Part shown: positions 9,546 to 18,802 of the stretch, piece after piece
How positions within the stretch are numbered: position 1 is the stretch's first letter
Layout of the letters: each line of letters begins with the position of its first letter
Sequence record: OQ992561.1
Length of the DNA stretch: 64,000 nucleotides
Direction: 5' to 3' (one strand)
Program-made: the position numbers and the translations under genes
The notes under the pieces: model-generated
Seen by the model: only the letters and a program-made list of their open reading frames with translations
Told to the model about the DNA's origin: nothing
The model's database searches: none

Positions 9546-10103
9546 ATGACTAGTGAAGTTGAGAAAAATGAAAGCGAAGCTATGAACTCCATGCTATTAA
9601 AACGAATTCATATGCTAGAAGTAACAGTTAGGAATCTAACAAAACATGCTAATGTTGTAGATGAGGCTTTCCAACAATTGGTAAAAGCTAAAGCTGAAGA
9701 AACTGCAACATTTAATATTCGCGTTAGTCGAGTTCTTGCAGATATTCTTTGCAATATGGGTGAAAGTATTCGGCATGAAGTTGATGACGCATTGCGAGCT
9801 ATCCATGGTGATACTAAACCAGTATTCTCACTAGCTGAAGTAGATGGGGTTAATCAGAAAGAACATATGGAATCAGTCATTGTTCGTAAGGGCGGTGATA
9901 AAGGTTATATGTTTGCTACTGTTGGAACGCCTAATAAGTTCACTACTGAAAACTGCGATGCGTTGATTGATTACCTAAATAGTAATCCTCAACTAATGGA
10001 AAATAAAGAAGAAGCTCGTTTTAATATCATCACTACTCTGACTAAACAACAGATTGAACAAGTTATGGGTAAAGAAGATGGCAACTCCGGAACCGAACAC
10101 TAG
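9546..10103 (+). CDS. Hypothetical protein with N-terminal coiled coil (185 aa)
   Basis: Abuts the previous stop. Heptad pattern in LLKRIHMLEVTVRNL. Confidence 0.75.
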   Translation: MTSEVEKNESEAMNSMLLKRIHMLEVTVRNLTKHANVVDEAFQQLVKAKAEETATFNIRVSRVLADILCNMGESIRHEVDDALRAIHGDTKPVFSLAEVDGVNQKEHMESVIVRKGGDKGYMFATVGTPNKFTTENCDALIDYLNSNPQLMENKEEARFNIITTLTKQQIEQVMGKEDGNSGTEH

Positions 10104-10686
10104 AGTTACAGATAGCGATAACATGATCATGGATGCAATGCAAGCCATGGTTAGCATTCATCAAAAAGAGATACCTATTGTCCATGAGGACGTTTTTGTA
10201 AAGAATATATTACCGTTACTTGAATGTCCGTGGGCACCTGGTGCGTTAGATGAATATCGTAAATATGTTCATGAGCTATCAAATCCATTACGCGTAGCAA
10301 GTGTTAATACCAAAGAAGCAGTTGTGCTTTTTACAGTTCCAGCACTTTATCCTCGTCCAAGTGTTGCAATCTCATCTGGTGAGAATGTTGCTAGTATTTC
10401 TAATGTAATGGATTATTATAATAAAGAACATAATCGCAATCCACGTGGTGGATTTGCTAAAGAAGCAGCTCAATTCTTAGAGCGGTGTATTTATAATGAA
10501 CCATTGGAAAAACAACTTCTACAAGTGTTAATCCAAATCTTAGCAGCATATGGTCGGGTATTAAAAAATACTGATGGTACTCCGTTATATGAGTTACCGG
10601 ATGCATCTTCATCTAAATCTGGTGGTGTGCAAGTAGATACACCTGAGAATGATGAATGTGTTTACGGTGACGAATATGAAGACTGA
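10078..10686 (+). CDS. Conserved hypothetical protein (gp64-like position), acidic C-terminus
   Basis: ORF in operon, likely start ATG 10078. Confidence 0.7.
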   Translation: MATPEPNTRVTDSDNMIMDAMQAMVSIHQKEIPIVHEDVFVKNILPLLECPWAPGALDEYRKYVHELSNPLRVASVNTKEAVVLFTVPALYPRPSVAISSGENVASISNVMDYYNKEHNRNPRGGFAKEAAQFLERCIYNEPLEKQLLQVLIQILAAYGRVLKNTDGTPLYELPDASSSKSGGVQVDTPENDECVYGDEYED

Positions 10687-11815
10687 TAAAACAAAGAAAC
10701 CCGGCATATTTCGATATTTAACAGTAGGCGATGTCCACATGGGGCATCGCCAAACCCCTACTGAACTAATCATCAGTAACTTTTGGAAAACTGTCCCTGA
10801 TACAATTTTAAAAGATATTGATATGTTGATTATTACAGGGGACTTATTTGATCGCCAATTAAACAATGGTGATCCAGCTGCATACGCAATTGATAGATTT
10901 ATTACAATACTTCTCTACAAATGTGAAATGTATAATGTAATGATCCGTATTGTTGAAGGTACCCCATCACATGACCGTGGGCAAATGCAGTTTTTCGTAG
11001 AACAAAAGAATAATGCTAATATTAAAGTTGATTTGCATTATTCAAAGATTCTCGATATCGAGTATATTGAGAAACTAGATGCATATTTCCTTTATGTCCC
11101 TGATAAATGGAATCCATCCACATCAGAGACTTTAAATCAAGTAAAAGATCTAATGCATAAGAAAGGTATATCTCAAGTTGACTTTACTATTTTACATGGT
11201 GCATTTAAACACCAGCTACCAAGTATTGTTGAAGAGCCAACACATGATCCAGATGAATATTTAGCATTAACTAAATATATGATCAATGGTGGACATGTTC
11301 ATGAGATGTCTATCTATGAACGCATTTTAGCTGCCGGTGGATTTGATCGATTAAGTCACAACGATGAAATTCCAAAAGGATTATTTGATGTTGTGGTAAA
11401 AGAAAATGGCGAATGGACTGCTACATTCCTTGAGAATAAGGGTGCGCGTAGATACGATACTTTGAATGTCCATGGAATGGATACTAAGCAACTTAATTAC
11501 ACTGTTAAAGAACATATCAAGACACTACCAACTAACTCTGCAATTAGGTTAAGATGTAATCCAGGTGATGTAGCTACTGGTGATCTCGATACATTTCAAA
11601 ATGAATATCCTAATTTTTCATGGAGTATCTTAATTGAAAAAGTTACTACAAAGAAAAATACTGTGTCAGATAGCCTAAAGAATTTTGATTTATCAGAATT
11701 TTTGGATATAACTCCAGAAAGTATTTCTGATTTAATTATTCCAGATATTGAAAAATTTACAGCGGACGCTGCTCAGATCCAACGGGTATTGGGATTATTG
11801 ACAGAGTTCAAATAA
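10676..11815 (+). CDS. SbcD/Mre11-like metallophosphoesterase nuclease (gp65-like)
   Basis: All five motifs present: GDVHMGH, GDLFD, EGTPSHD, ILHG, GHVH. Confidence 0.9.
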   Translation: MKTDKTKKPGIFRYLTVGDVHMGHRQTPTELIISNFWKTVPDTILKDIDMLIITGDLFDRQLNNGDPAAYAIDRFITILLYKCEMYNVMIRIVEGTPSHDRGQMQFFVEQKNNANIKVDLHYSKILDIEYIEKLDAYFLYVPDKWNPSTSETLNQVKDLMHKKGISQVDFTILHGAFKHQLPSIVEEPTHDPDEYLALTKYMINGGHVHEMSIYERILAAGGFDRLSHNDEIPKGLFDVVVKENGEWTATFLENKGARRYDTLNVHGMDTKQLNYTVKEHIKTLPTNSAIRLRCNPGDVATGDLDTFQNEYPNFSWSILIEKVTTKKNTVSDSLKNFDLSEFLDITPESISDLIIPDIEKFTADAAQIQRVLGLLTEFK

Positions 11816-11827
11816 AAGGCAATAATA

Positions 11828-12658
11828 ATGGATATTATCGAGAGAGATGTAGGTGCTAATATTCCAATTAGCATTGGAACTTCTTTTGCTCTCGAAGGGC
11901 TTATAGGAACACATCCACAAAAGCCTAGACAACCAACTGATGTTAAGTCTATTAAAGAAATATGGATTAATGTCCGTACTCTTGCAAGAAATATGTGGCA
12001 GGCTATGAAGTCTGAACAACAAACTAATATTAACTTGGTTGCAGCAGTCGATGTTTTATTTCAAGAAGCACAAACAATCCCGGTTGCTTTACGGCAATCG
12101 GGGATAAAAGCAACTGTAAAATATTACATTACTGGTCGAGATGCAGTGAAGTGGTTATTCCCTAAAGCTACATTTAAAGTATCACGAACACCGCAACAAT
12201 TAGCTTATGATGTTTATGAACGATTTGTATCAATTGAACTATACCAGAAGTTAAAAGATACAGATTTAACTACAATGGAAATATCTAATAAACCTCCAAA
12301 GGTTGAAGGTACTGTTTTACTATTAACCCATTTCCCACATGAACTATTATGGAAACCCCATTTTAATAGACTTCTTTTATTGGAATCCCATACGGGTAAA
12401 ATAAAGACATACAACATGTGGTATACTAAACTAAATGGTTTAAAAGAAGATACTCCATTTCCTTTTACATCATTTGCTATACAGATATTTGGCGATAAAC
12501 AATTACTTGAACCACAAGACAAAGCTATTCGTGCGCAATTAAAACAATTGGCACAATCTAGAAAATGGACAGGATTAACAACACCAGATAAAGTTCATCA
12601 TGACATTACTGCTTATGGTTCTAAAGAGTTAAAAGAAGCATACAAGAAATTCAAATAG
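11828..12658 (+). CDS. Conserved hypothetical protein (gp66-like), possibly a degenerate FEN/PIN fold
   Basis: 276 aa. IWINVRTLARN and LLLTHFPHELL weakly resemble FEN-family strands. Confidence 0.6.
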   Translation: MDIIERDVGANIPISIGTSFALEGLIGTHPQKPRQPTDVKSIKEIWINVRTLARNMWQAMKSEQQTNINLVAAVDVLFQEAQTIPVALRQSGIKATVKYYITGRDAVKWLFPKATFKVSRTPQQLAYDVYERFVSIELYQKLKDTDLTTMEISNKPPKVEGTVLLLTHFPHELLWKPHFNRLLLLESHTGKIKTYNMWYTKLNGLKEDTPFPFTSFAIQIFGDKQLLEPQDKAIRAQLKQLAQSRKWTGLTTPDKVHHDITAYGSKELKEAYKKFK

Positions 12659-12744
12659 AAGAAATACTTGTTGCGATAATATTACGTAGAAATCATTTCC
12701 CATCTAGTTAAAAGAATCTAGTTTTAATTTGGAGTTATCACATC

Positions 12745-13485
12745 ATGTCACAACAGCAGCCTAATGCACCCGTAGTTAACCCTTTTAACGTAATGAATAC
12801 TTGGCTACATGCCAAACCATGTGAGGGTTCTCAAAAACGACCGACGCTACGATTTGGTCTGTTTAAAAACCAACCACGGGTTACTGTTCGTACTAATGTA
12901 CCTGGTGATAAAGACCATGGTAAAATTGAGTTCAATACTGACCTAGCAACCTTTGCATGTTTCATTAAGTTTGCAATGGACTTAATTGAAGGTAAAACTG
13001 AAGATACTGAACGCGTCTTTGTTTACCGCAATAACTTCGTAGCTGGTAAAAAGCGTGATAATTTTATTGAGCTTTCTAAGCTACATGTTGGCCGTGCACA
13101 AGATGGTCGAATTTACATCGCAGTGCTGAGCACTCAACCTGATCGTCCAAAGATCAAATTCTTCTTTGGCCCGTCCCAATTCCATGATATCCGCAAAGCA
13201 GATGGTAGTCAGCTATCACCTAAGGAAATGTCTGATGCTTATGCATACGGTTTCCTAGACCCCGCATATAAACTAGTAATGCATCTTCTAGTAACTGAAT
13301 TCGATCCAGATGCTAAAGGTGTATCTAACCCTGCTAATTTCAATCAGGGTAATGGTAATAGCGGTGGTTACAATAACGGTGGTCAGCGCAATAACTATAA
13401 CAACGGTGGCAATAATAGTTATGCTAAGCCGGCTAATAATAGTTATAATGACTCAGCTTTTGATGAGGATATGCCTTCCTTCTAA
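12745..13485 (+). CDS. gp67-like protein (reported Imp6) with G/N-rich linker and SSB-like acidic tip
   Basis: 246 aa ending NDSAFDEDMPSF. Directly upstream of gp68. Confidence 0.65.
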   Translation: MSQQQPNAPVVNPFNVMNTWLHAKPCEGSQKRPTLRFGLFKNQPRVTVRTNVPGDKDHGKIEFNTDLATFACFIKFAMDLIEGKTEDTERVFVYRNNFVAGKKRDNFIELSKLHVGRAQDGRIYIAVLSTQPDRPKIKFFFGPSQFHDIRKADGSQLSPKEMSDAYAYGFLDPAYKLVMHLLVTEFDPDAKGVSNPANFNQGNGNSGGYNNGGQRNNYNNGGNNSYAKPANNSYNDSAFDEDMPSF

Positions 13486-13569
13486 AACATATTTCGGTGC
13501 TTACTCTCGAAGTAGGCACCGATATGCCCTCAGCACTAAATACCGTTATACTAAAAAAAATTTGAGATC

Positions 13570-13577
13570 TATATTAC
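13570..13577 (+). promoter_or_regulatory. Early promoter TATATTAC upstream of the nvRNAP specificity subunit
   Basis: Exact match to the phiKZ early consensus, 33 nt before the ATG. Confidence 0.7.
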
Positions 13578-13610
13578 TAACATGTATCTACATTGGTAAA
13601 AGAGGTTAAA

Positions 13611-15176
13611 ATGCAAATCATCGTTACAGGAGTTCAAGGTACTGGTTTTACTGAAGTGGCTACAGAACACAATGGTAAACGTTTAACTTGGACAACTACG
13701 GCTTATAGTAAAATCCGTGTACAAGATCAACAACGCGTATTCCAAGAAATCAATGATTATTGGAGTGGCCTAAGTGCTGAGACACAACAACATATCTGGA
13801 ATTGTTATGTAGAAATTCGTAAGATCATGGATATGGCTATGGATCCGATGAGGATTGCAATGAGTCTATCCTATTACATCAAAGAGATGTATAAAGCCAT
13901 GCCGATGAACAGTTTTCGGCGATGGCTACTAACTATTGGTAAACTTTATATTCCAGTAGATATTGAAGAAGTTATCACTGATGATTCACGATATAATCGA
14001 CCAGATCAAACATATCTGAAACATGACTATATTAACCTTGCATCTGTATCACTAGCTCTTCGTCCTTTAGTACCTATTTGGGGCGAGTTTATTGATCAGG
14101 GCACTTCTCAGGAAATGCATAAAGAGTGTGAAGTAATTAGTCTCATCTCGGATTGTGAGGTTAACCATTGGCCTGTTGATGAAATATCAATTGATGGAAC
14201 TCCAGTAGAAACAGCTTATGATAAGCTAAGTGCATATGTTAAGTTTTGTGTAGAAGATGAAGCACCCACCTTAGCCAACCTTTATAGAGGTATGAGTTCA
14301 GCTGAAGTGCCGGATATCTTACAGGCTAAAGTTATGGTTAGGCGATTAACCATCCTACCATTAAACGATGCCACCTCACATTCCATCGTTTCAAATATGT
14401 TTAGATATGTTAAGTCAAATCTAAACCCTGCTGAACGATCAACTGCTGACCGGGTTAATGATAAACGGCCAGATAAAGGTGGTATTGATGATGATGATAA
14501 AACATCATTTATCGAATCGCATAAAACTAAACAGCGAGTTACTCCTGGTGATATCGTAGCTTATAACTTAGATGCTCTTGATGTAGTTAAACTGGTTCAC
14601 AAAATCGATGACACTGTCCCAGTAGAGTTAATTCAGGAATGTCTAGATTGCGTTGCAGTTACAGCTACTAAAGATATCTATCCACACCAGATATTACTTG
14701 CACAATGGGTGATGCATAAAGCTTTTCCTGCAAGAGCATTCAGCCACATTAATAAGAATGCAGTTAACCATTTGTTGGCAGCAACTCAGTCACTAATGTG
14801 GCATTGGGGTTTCCAACAAGTTGCTGTATTTATGCAAGTAGAGTTGTATTATAGTGGTGAACATGCAATGTCCATTCAACCACGTAATAGTACACGTATT
14901 CAAATTAAATATAAGGACGTAATGGATGAACTTTATCCACATCAGCGACAACAACGAGCTATTAACGGTGTTCCAGTAGCACCTGTAAATATTGCGGGCA
15001 TTGCTGTGCAATCTGCACATGCATCCATTAGATCTAGTAACTGGATCTATCATGGACCCGATCGTTTATTCAAAGAAGCAGAACAGGTAACTCAGAATAA
15101 AGTCCTTGTTGTACCGGCCACAATTAAGTCGGTGATCACCGAACTGGTAATTCATCTGGGTAAACTTAATCAGTAA
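13611..15176 (+). CDS. Non-virion RNAP promoter-specificity (sigma-like) subunit, gp68
   Basis: 521 aa from ATG 13611 (SD gaggt). Sequence and position match phiKZ gp68 as recalled. Confidence 0.85.
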   Translation: MQIIVTGVQGTGFTEVATEHNGKRLTWTTTAYSKIRVQDQQRVFQEINDYWSGLSAETQQHIWNCYVEIRKIMDMAMDPMRIAMSLSYYIKEMYKAMPMNSFRRWLLTIGKLYIPVDIEEVITDDSRYNRPDQTYLKHDYINLASVSLALRPLVPIWGEFIDQGTSQEMHKECEVISLISDCEVNHWPVDEISIDGTPVETAYDKLSAYVKFCVEDEAPTLANLYRGMSSAEVPDILQAKVMVRRLTILPLNDATSHSIVSNMFRYVKSNLNPAERSTADRVNDKRPDKGGIDDDDKTSFIESHKTKQRVTPGDIVAYNLDALDVVKLVHKIDDTVPVELIQECLDCVAVTATKDIYPHQILLAQWVMHKAFPARAFSHINKNAVNHLLAATQSLMWHWGFQQVAVFMQVELYYSGEHAMSIQPRNSTRIQIKYKDVMDELYPHQRQQRAINGVPVAPVNIAGIAVQSAHASIRSSNWIYHGPDRLFKEAEQVTQNKVLVVPATIKSVITELVIHLGKLNQ

Positions 15177-15192
15177 TAATTGAGGTAGTTCT

Positions 15193-16866
15193 ATGTTAGG
15201 TTTTAATAATTCAGCAATGGGCGGTAATACTGAAGTACAGATTGAATCATTCATTCTAGTACAAACTGGTACTTATCAACCTGAACATGTTCGACCATTT
15301 ACTGTAGAGGTCACTGAGAACTCTATTGAACGTTTAAAAGAAGCAACTAATGATGGTCGTAATCTAGGTGTTGCAGCTGTACAGCAAATTGCAGCTGATG
15401 TGATCGCACCACGTGCTCAAACTCAAGGCGAAGTCCCTATCGTCAATGGTTGGGGTGAACGCCGGTTTAGGTTCATGATGAAAGTATGGGAGAATAACCG
15501 TTTCTTTGGTAATACCCGTACTTGCCGGATTCTATTTGGTTGCTCTGACCATTGCTCTATTAGTCCGCTTAGCAATAGTCTAGATCCTAACATGCGTATC
15601 TATTTTAATAGTGAAACTGTTATTGTAGAGCGTCAACGACCAACTGAGTTTGGTGTGGTTAAACAAGCACATATCCTAGGTTCTAACCAGATCCTTGCAC
15701 CCGTCGATATCATGAGTGATATTACTATCCCTCAGAACGGGTTTAGCATGTATACTGGAACTTCATCATATCTCCAACGGCCAGAAGATGTTTTCCAGAT
15801 TCAGCAAACGATGCAAGTAGCTAAACGCATTGAATCAACTGGACTACATCAAGGTGTATTTGACCGGATCATTGATCAACGTTCCAGTGTTGGTGAAGCA
15901 GGTACTTTCCAATATTCAAATCGCCGTGATACTTCTCCTACTCGTTATCTATCTAGTACTCTTAATGCATGGCAGCATTCTGTTAAAGAAGCTGAGATGG
16001 CTAATAATGATAACGATAATATCTTTGGAGGTGTCTCTGATGAAGTGATGCTAGGTGATGCATCAGCTGTACTTCGAAATCAAGATATCCATTCCAATAT
16101 GTTCATGCGCATTCTAAAAGAACGCTGCAATTACATGGAACGTGGCTTTGTTACACTGGCTGACCTACAACGAGTATTCCCTGAACTACTGGTTGATGGT
16201 GTAGTTAAAGCTGGTATGGATAATGGTAATTCTCAACGCTTCGTTAACCGAGCAGAGCATTCCATGCATTGGGGTGGTGCAGATCATCACACTGTTGCAG
16301 CATCTCTACTTGCACAAGTAGTTCCAGCAATCATGATGGATAACTATTTCCGGGTAACCTCCTTTGCAATTACAAATGGACATGGAGCGAATAACTATCT
16401 ATTCGAAATGCATCCAAATGGTACCAGGAGTATCATGGATGGAATTGATATGACTCCACAGATTAATGACTTTGAACGTCGTCTTATTACCGATGCGATT
16501 AACAGTATCTCTTATGGTAACCAGATTCCGTTTAAAATTTCCATGCACTCTGACTTAGCTGGTGATACTGTTATTGATATCAGTCTAAATCATGAATCGG
16601 TAGAACGATTCATCGCACCGACCTTCATTGATAGTCTGTTTAGTCCAGTCATTACTCGGGATGCATCTGCACCGGCTATGATCTCTAATGACCTTACCTA
16701 TCTTGTTAAGAATGTTATCCCAACTAAGACTCAACAAAACATTCTAAACAGTAGTGGTCAGCCGGTTAACATGCAACCGTATCAACATCCTGTAGCTCAA
16801 CCTGCTCAAATCAATCCTAAATTTGGTGATAACAATGCCTACGATTTCTCTTTCCAAGTTCTATAG
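15193..16866 (+). CDS. picA: Phage-nucleus protein import factor PicA/Imp1 (gp69)
   Basis: 557 aa, immediately downstream of gp68 in the conserved core block. Q/P-rich tail. Confidence 0.75.
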   Translation: MLGFNNSAMGGNTEVQIESFILVQTGTYQPEHVRPFTVEVTENSIERLKEATNDGRNLGVAAVQQIAADVIAPRAQTQGEVPIVNGWGERRFRFMMKVWENNRFFGNTRTCRILFGCSDHCSISPLSNSLDPNMRIYFNSETVIVERQRPTEFGVVKQAHILGSNQILAPVDIMSDITIPQNGFSMYTGTSSYLQRPEDVFQIQQTMQVAKRIESTGLHQGVFDRIIDQRSSVGEAGTFQYSNRRDTSPTRYLSSTLNAWQHSVKEAEMANNDNDNIFGGVSDEVMLGDASAVLRNQDIHSNMFMRILKERCNYMERGFVTLADLQRVFPELLVDGVVKAGMDNGNSQRFVNRAEHSMHWGGADHHTVAASLLAQVVPAIMMDNYFRVTSFAITNGHGANNYLFEMHPNGTRSIMDGIDMTPQINDFERRLITDAINSISYGNQIPFKISMHSDLAGDTVIDISLNHESVERFIAPTFIDSLFSPVITRDASAPAMISNDLTYLVKNVIPTKTQQNILNSSGQPVNMQPYQHPVAQPAQINPKFGDNNAYDFSFQVL

Positions 16867-18214
16867 TGATCAAGTATTACCTGCTTTCCGATACAAAGTA
16901 GGTGAAGAGGATATGATCAGTATTCTCGATCCACTTGGTCGACCTGCACCTGCAAAGGTAGATGGTAAGCGACTAGTGGTACCTACTAAAGATTGGCTTC
17001 GTAAAGGGCTAGGCGATGATTACATCGCCTTCCACCCGCTATCTGAAAAGATCTCTCGGCTAGGTACTTCTCAAGTACTACAGCATATGCAGCGTCAAGT
17101 TAAGGCTAATCTAATGTTTACTGTGAAGTATCTTACTTCACGTATTTTAGAAGTAGCTGCCGACTCCACTCTGCATAAAGACATTCCACCAGAATGTTCA
17201 GACTTCCTAAAGAAACTATCCGGTGCTAAGCCAGATACCATTGAGTGGTTTAATAAGGTTGTCAAAGCTGCTGAAAAACGTTCACGTTTTGTAAGCGTGT
17301 ATCTAAAAGCAAATGGTAAATTTGATGGGAAGACAGTTAACCGTATCTGCGTTATTCGGTTCCCTATCGTAGAGGATCTTTATTCTAAAGATGATATCCT
17401 TGGAGTAAATGTACCTAAGAAACAGCGGCCAGTTCTAATCGAACTATTTAAACTAGTTGTACCATTTGGTGATTCACCAACTGAATATTCAGCAGGAACA
17501 GTTGAGCGGGTAGCACCTTATTTTGTATGTCTTATCCAGGCATTTAACAAAATCACTACTCAACTAAATAGTGTTATTGATAAGTATCGCCTGATCTTCG
17601 ATGATGCTATTCAACCTTATTCAAAAGTTGATGAGAAGGTGATTGCTGATTTTGCAAAGATGCAACGTGAGATCCCCTCTCTTGATGGTAATGAAGGAGT
17701 CAGCAATGAAGTAGAAGAAGAAGCTTCTGAAACTGTAAACCCAGTTGCCCAAATTCCTGTCCAGAAAAAGGATAGTGTAGTTAAAGTGGGTAATACTGCT
17801 AAAGAACAAACTACTTCTACACGTGTACCAGTAGGCACAACTGTGAATGTTAATCCATCTATGAGTCAAGCTGTAGCAATGACTCAGGCACCTCAACGTC
17901 CCGCACAACAAGTTCAAACTAGCAATAAAGCATCTATCCAAGATCTTCTAAACGCTGGGCAGAAAAACCAATTTGCTCAACCCGGAATGATGCAACAACC
18001 TGTTATGATGAACAATAACTTTGCAATGCCTGGGATGATGCAGCCACAGCAACCAATGATGGCTAATATGCATCCGCAAATGATGCAACTCATGGGCAAT
18101 CAAATGCCGATGGGTGGTGGATTTGCACAAGCACTAAACCCCGCTCTAGCTGGTAATGGTAACACCGCGATGATGAATCTAGGTGGAAACCAAATGATGG
18201 GTCGTCTACTGTAA
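16835..18214 (+). CDS. Conserved gp70-like protein with a Q/M/N/G low-complexity C-terminus
   Basis: 459 aa from ATG 16835. Last ~110 aa are low complexity. Confidence 0.75.
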   Translation: MPTISLSKFYSDQVLPAFRYKVGEEDMISILDPLGRPAPAKVDGKRLVVPTKDWLRKGLGDDYIAFHPLSEKISRLGTSQVLQHMQRQVKANLMFTVKYLTSRILEVAADSTLHKDIPPECSDFLKKLSGAKPDTIEWFNKVVKAAEKRSRFVSVYLKANGKFDGKTVNRICVIRFPIVEDLYSKDDILGVNVPKKQRPVLIELFKLVVPFGDSPTEYSAGTVERVAPYFVCLIQAFNKITTQLNSVIDKYRLIFDDAIQPYSKVDEKVIADFAKMQREIPSLDGNEGVSNEVEEEASETVNPVAQIPVQKKDSVVKVGNTAKEQTTSTRVPVGTTVNVNPSMSQAVAMTQAPQRPAQQVQTSNKASIQDLLNAGQKNQFAQPGMMQQPVMMNNNFAMPGMMQPQQPMMANMHPQMMQLMGNQMPMGGGFAQALNPALAGNGNTAMMNLGGNQMMGRLL

Positions 18215-18225
18215 CACGGCATAAA

Positions 18226-18249
18226 CCAGGGGGCCTAAGGGTCCCCTGG
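18226..18249. terminator. Bidirectional terminator between convergent genes
   Basis: ccaggggg...cccctgg stem. Confidence 0.65.
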
Positions 18250-18255
18250 CTTGCT

Positions 18256-18618
18256 TTAAAACTTTTTAGTTTGATATAAGCTAACGAGGTGTTGAATCAT
18301 GTCGTTATTCGGTATGATTAAATAGCTGGTGTAATCATTAGCTGAAGGATCCCTTAGAACTTTACCAAAATCATAAGGGCTAACTAAACCATTAACACGC
18401 ATTTGAATCCACCACATATCAGGATTGACACGGCGTTCTGCCATGTATCCATAAAAGTTTCCTTCGAACTGGTAATACAGTTCAGGTGGAATCTGAATAC
18501 GTGTGGATCTGACATTACGTAAGATATTCAAATGAGTCTCAATAATTAATCTGAACCCTGGTTCATAATAAACAGATTCACCTGAATCTGGCTGATTAGC
18601 TAACAGTGTGAATGCCAT
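18256..18618 (-). CDS. Conserved antisense-oriented protein, possibly LysM/T4 gp53-like baseplate wedge
   Basis: 120 aa from ATG 18618. NPDMWWIQMRVNGLVSPYDF resembles the gp53-type P.LYW.I...N.I.DP motif (recalled). Confidence 0.55.
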   Translation of the reverse strand: MAFTLLANQPDSGESVYYEPGFRLIIETHLNILRNVRSTRIQIPPELYYQFEGNFYGYMAERRVNPDMWWIQMRVNGLVSPYDFGKVLRDPSANDYTSYLIIPNNDMIQHLVSLYQTKKF

Positions 18619-18648
18619 AATAAATTCCAATAAATTTTATTTAAGATC

Positions 18649-18656
18649 TATATCAT
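18649..18656 (+). promoter_or_regulatory. Early promoter-like TATATCAT
   Basis: agatctatatcat shares context with agatctatattac at 13565-13577. Confidence 0.45.
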
Positions 18657-18682
18657 TGATTTGTAATTAGTAAACAGGAGGT

Positions 18683-18802
18683 ATGAGATTGGTGATACCA
18701 GACATTGAAGTCTTACAAAAGGCTATATCTAAAAACAGCGCAAATAAGAAATATAGTAGTACTGCATCTTGTCTAATTAATGGTGATAAACAAAATGGCT
18801 GA
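18683..18802 (+). CDS. 39-aa small ORF coupled to nvRNAP beta
   Basis: SD AGGAGG. Reads MRLVIPDIEVLQKAISKNSANKKYSSTASCLINGDKQNG. Its TGA overlaps the beta start (ATGGCTGA). Confidence 0.55.
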   Translation: MRLVIPDIEVLQKAISKNSANKKYSSTASCLINGDKQNG

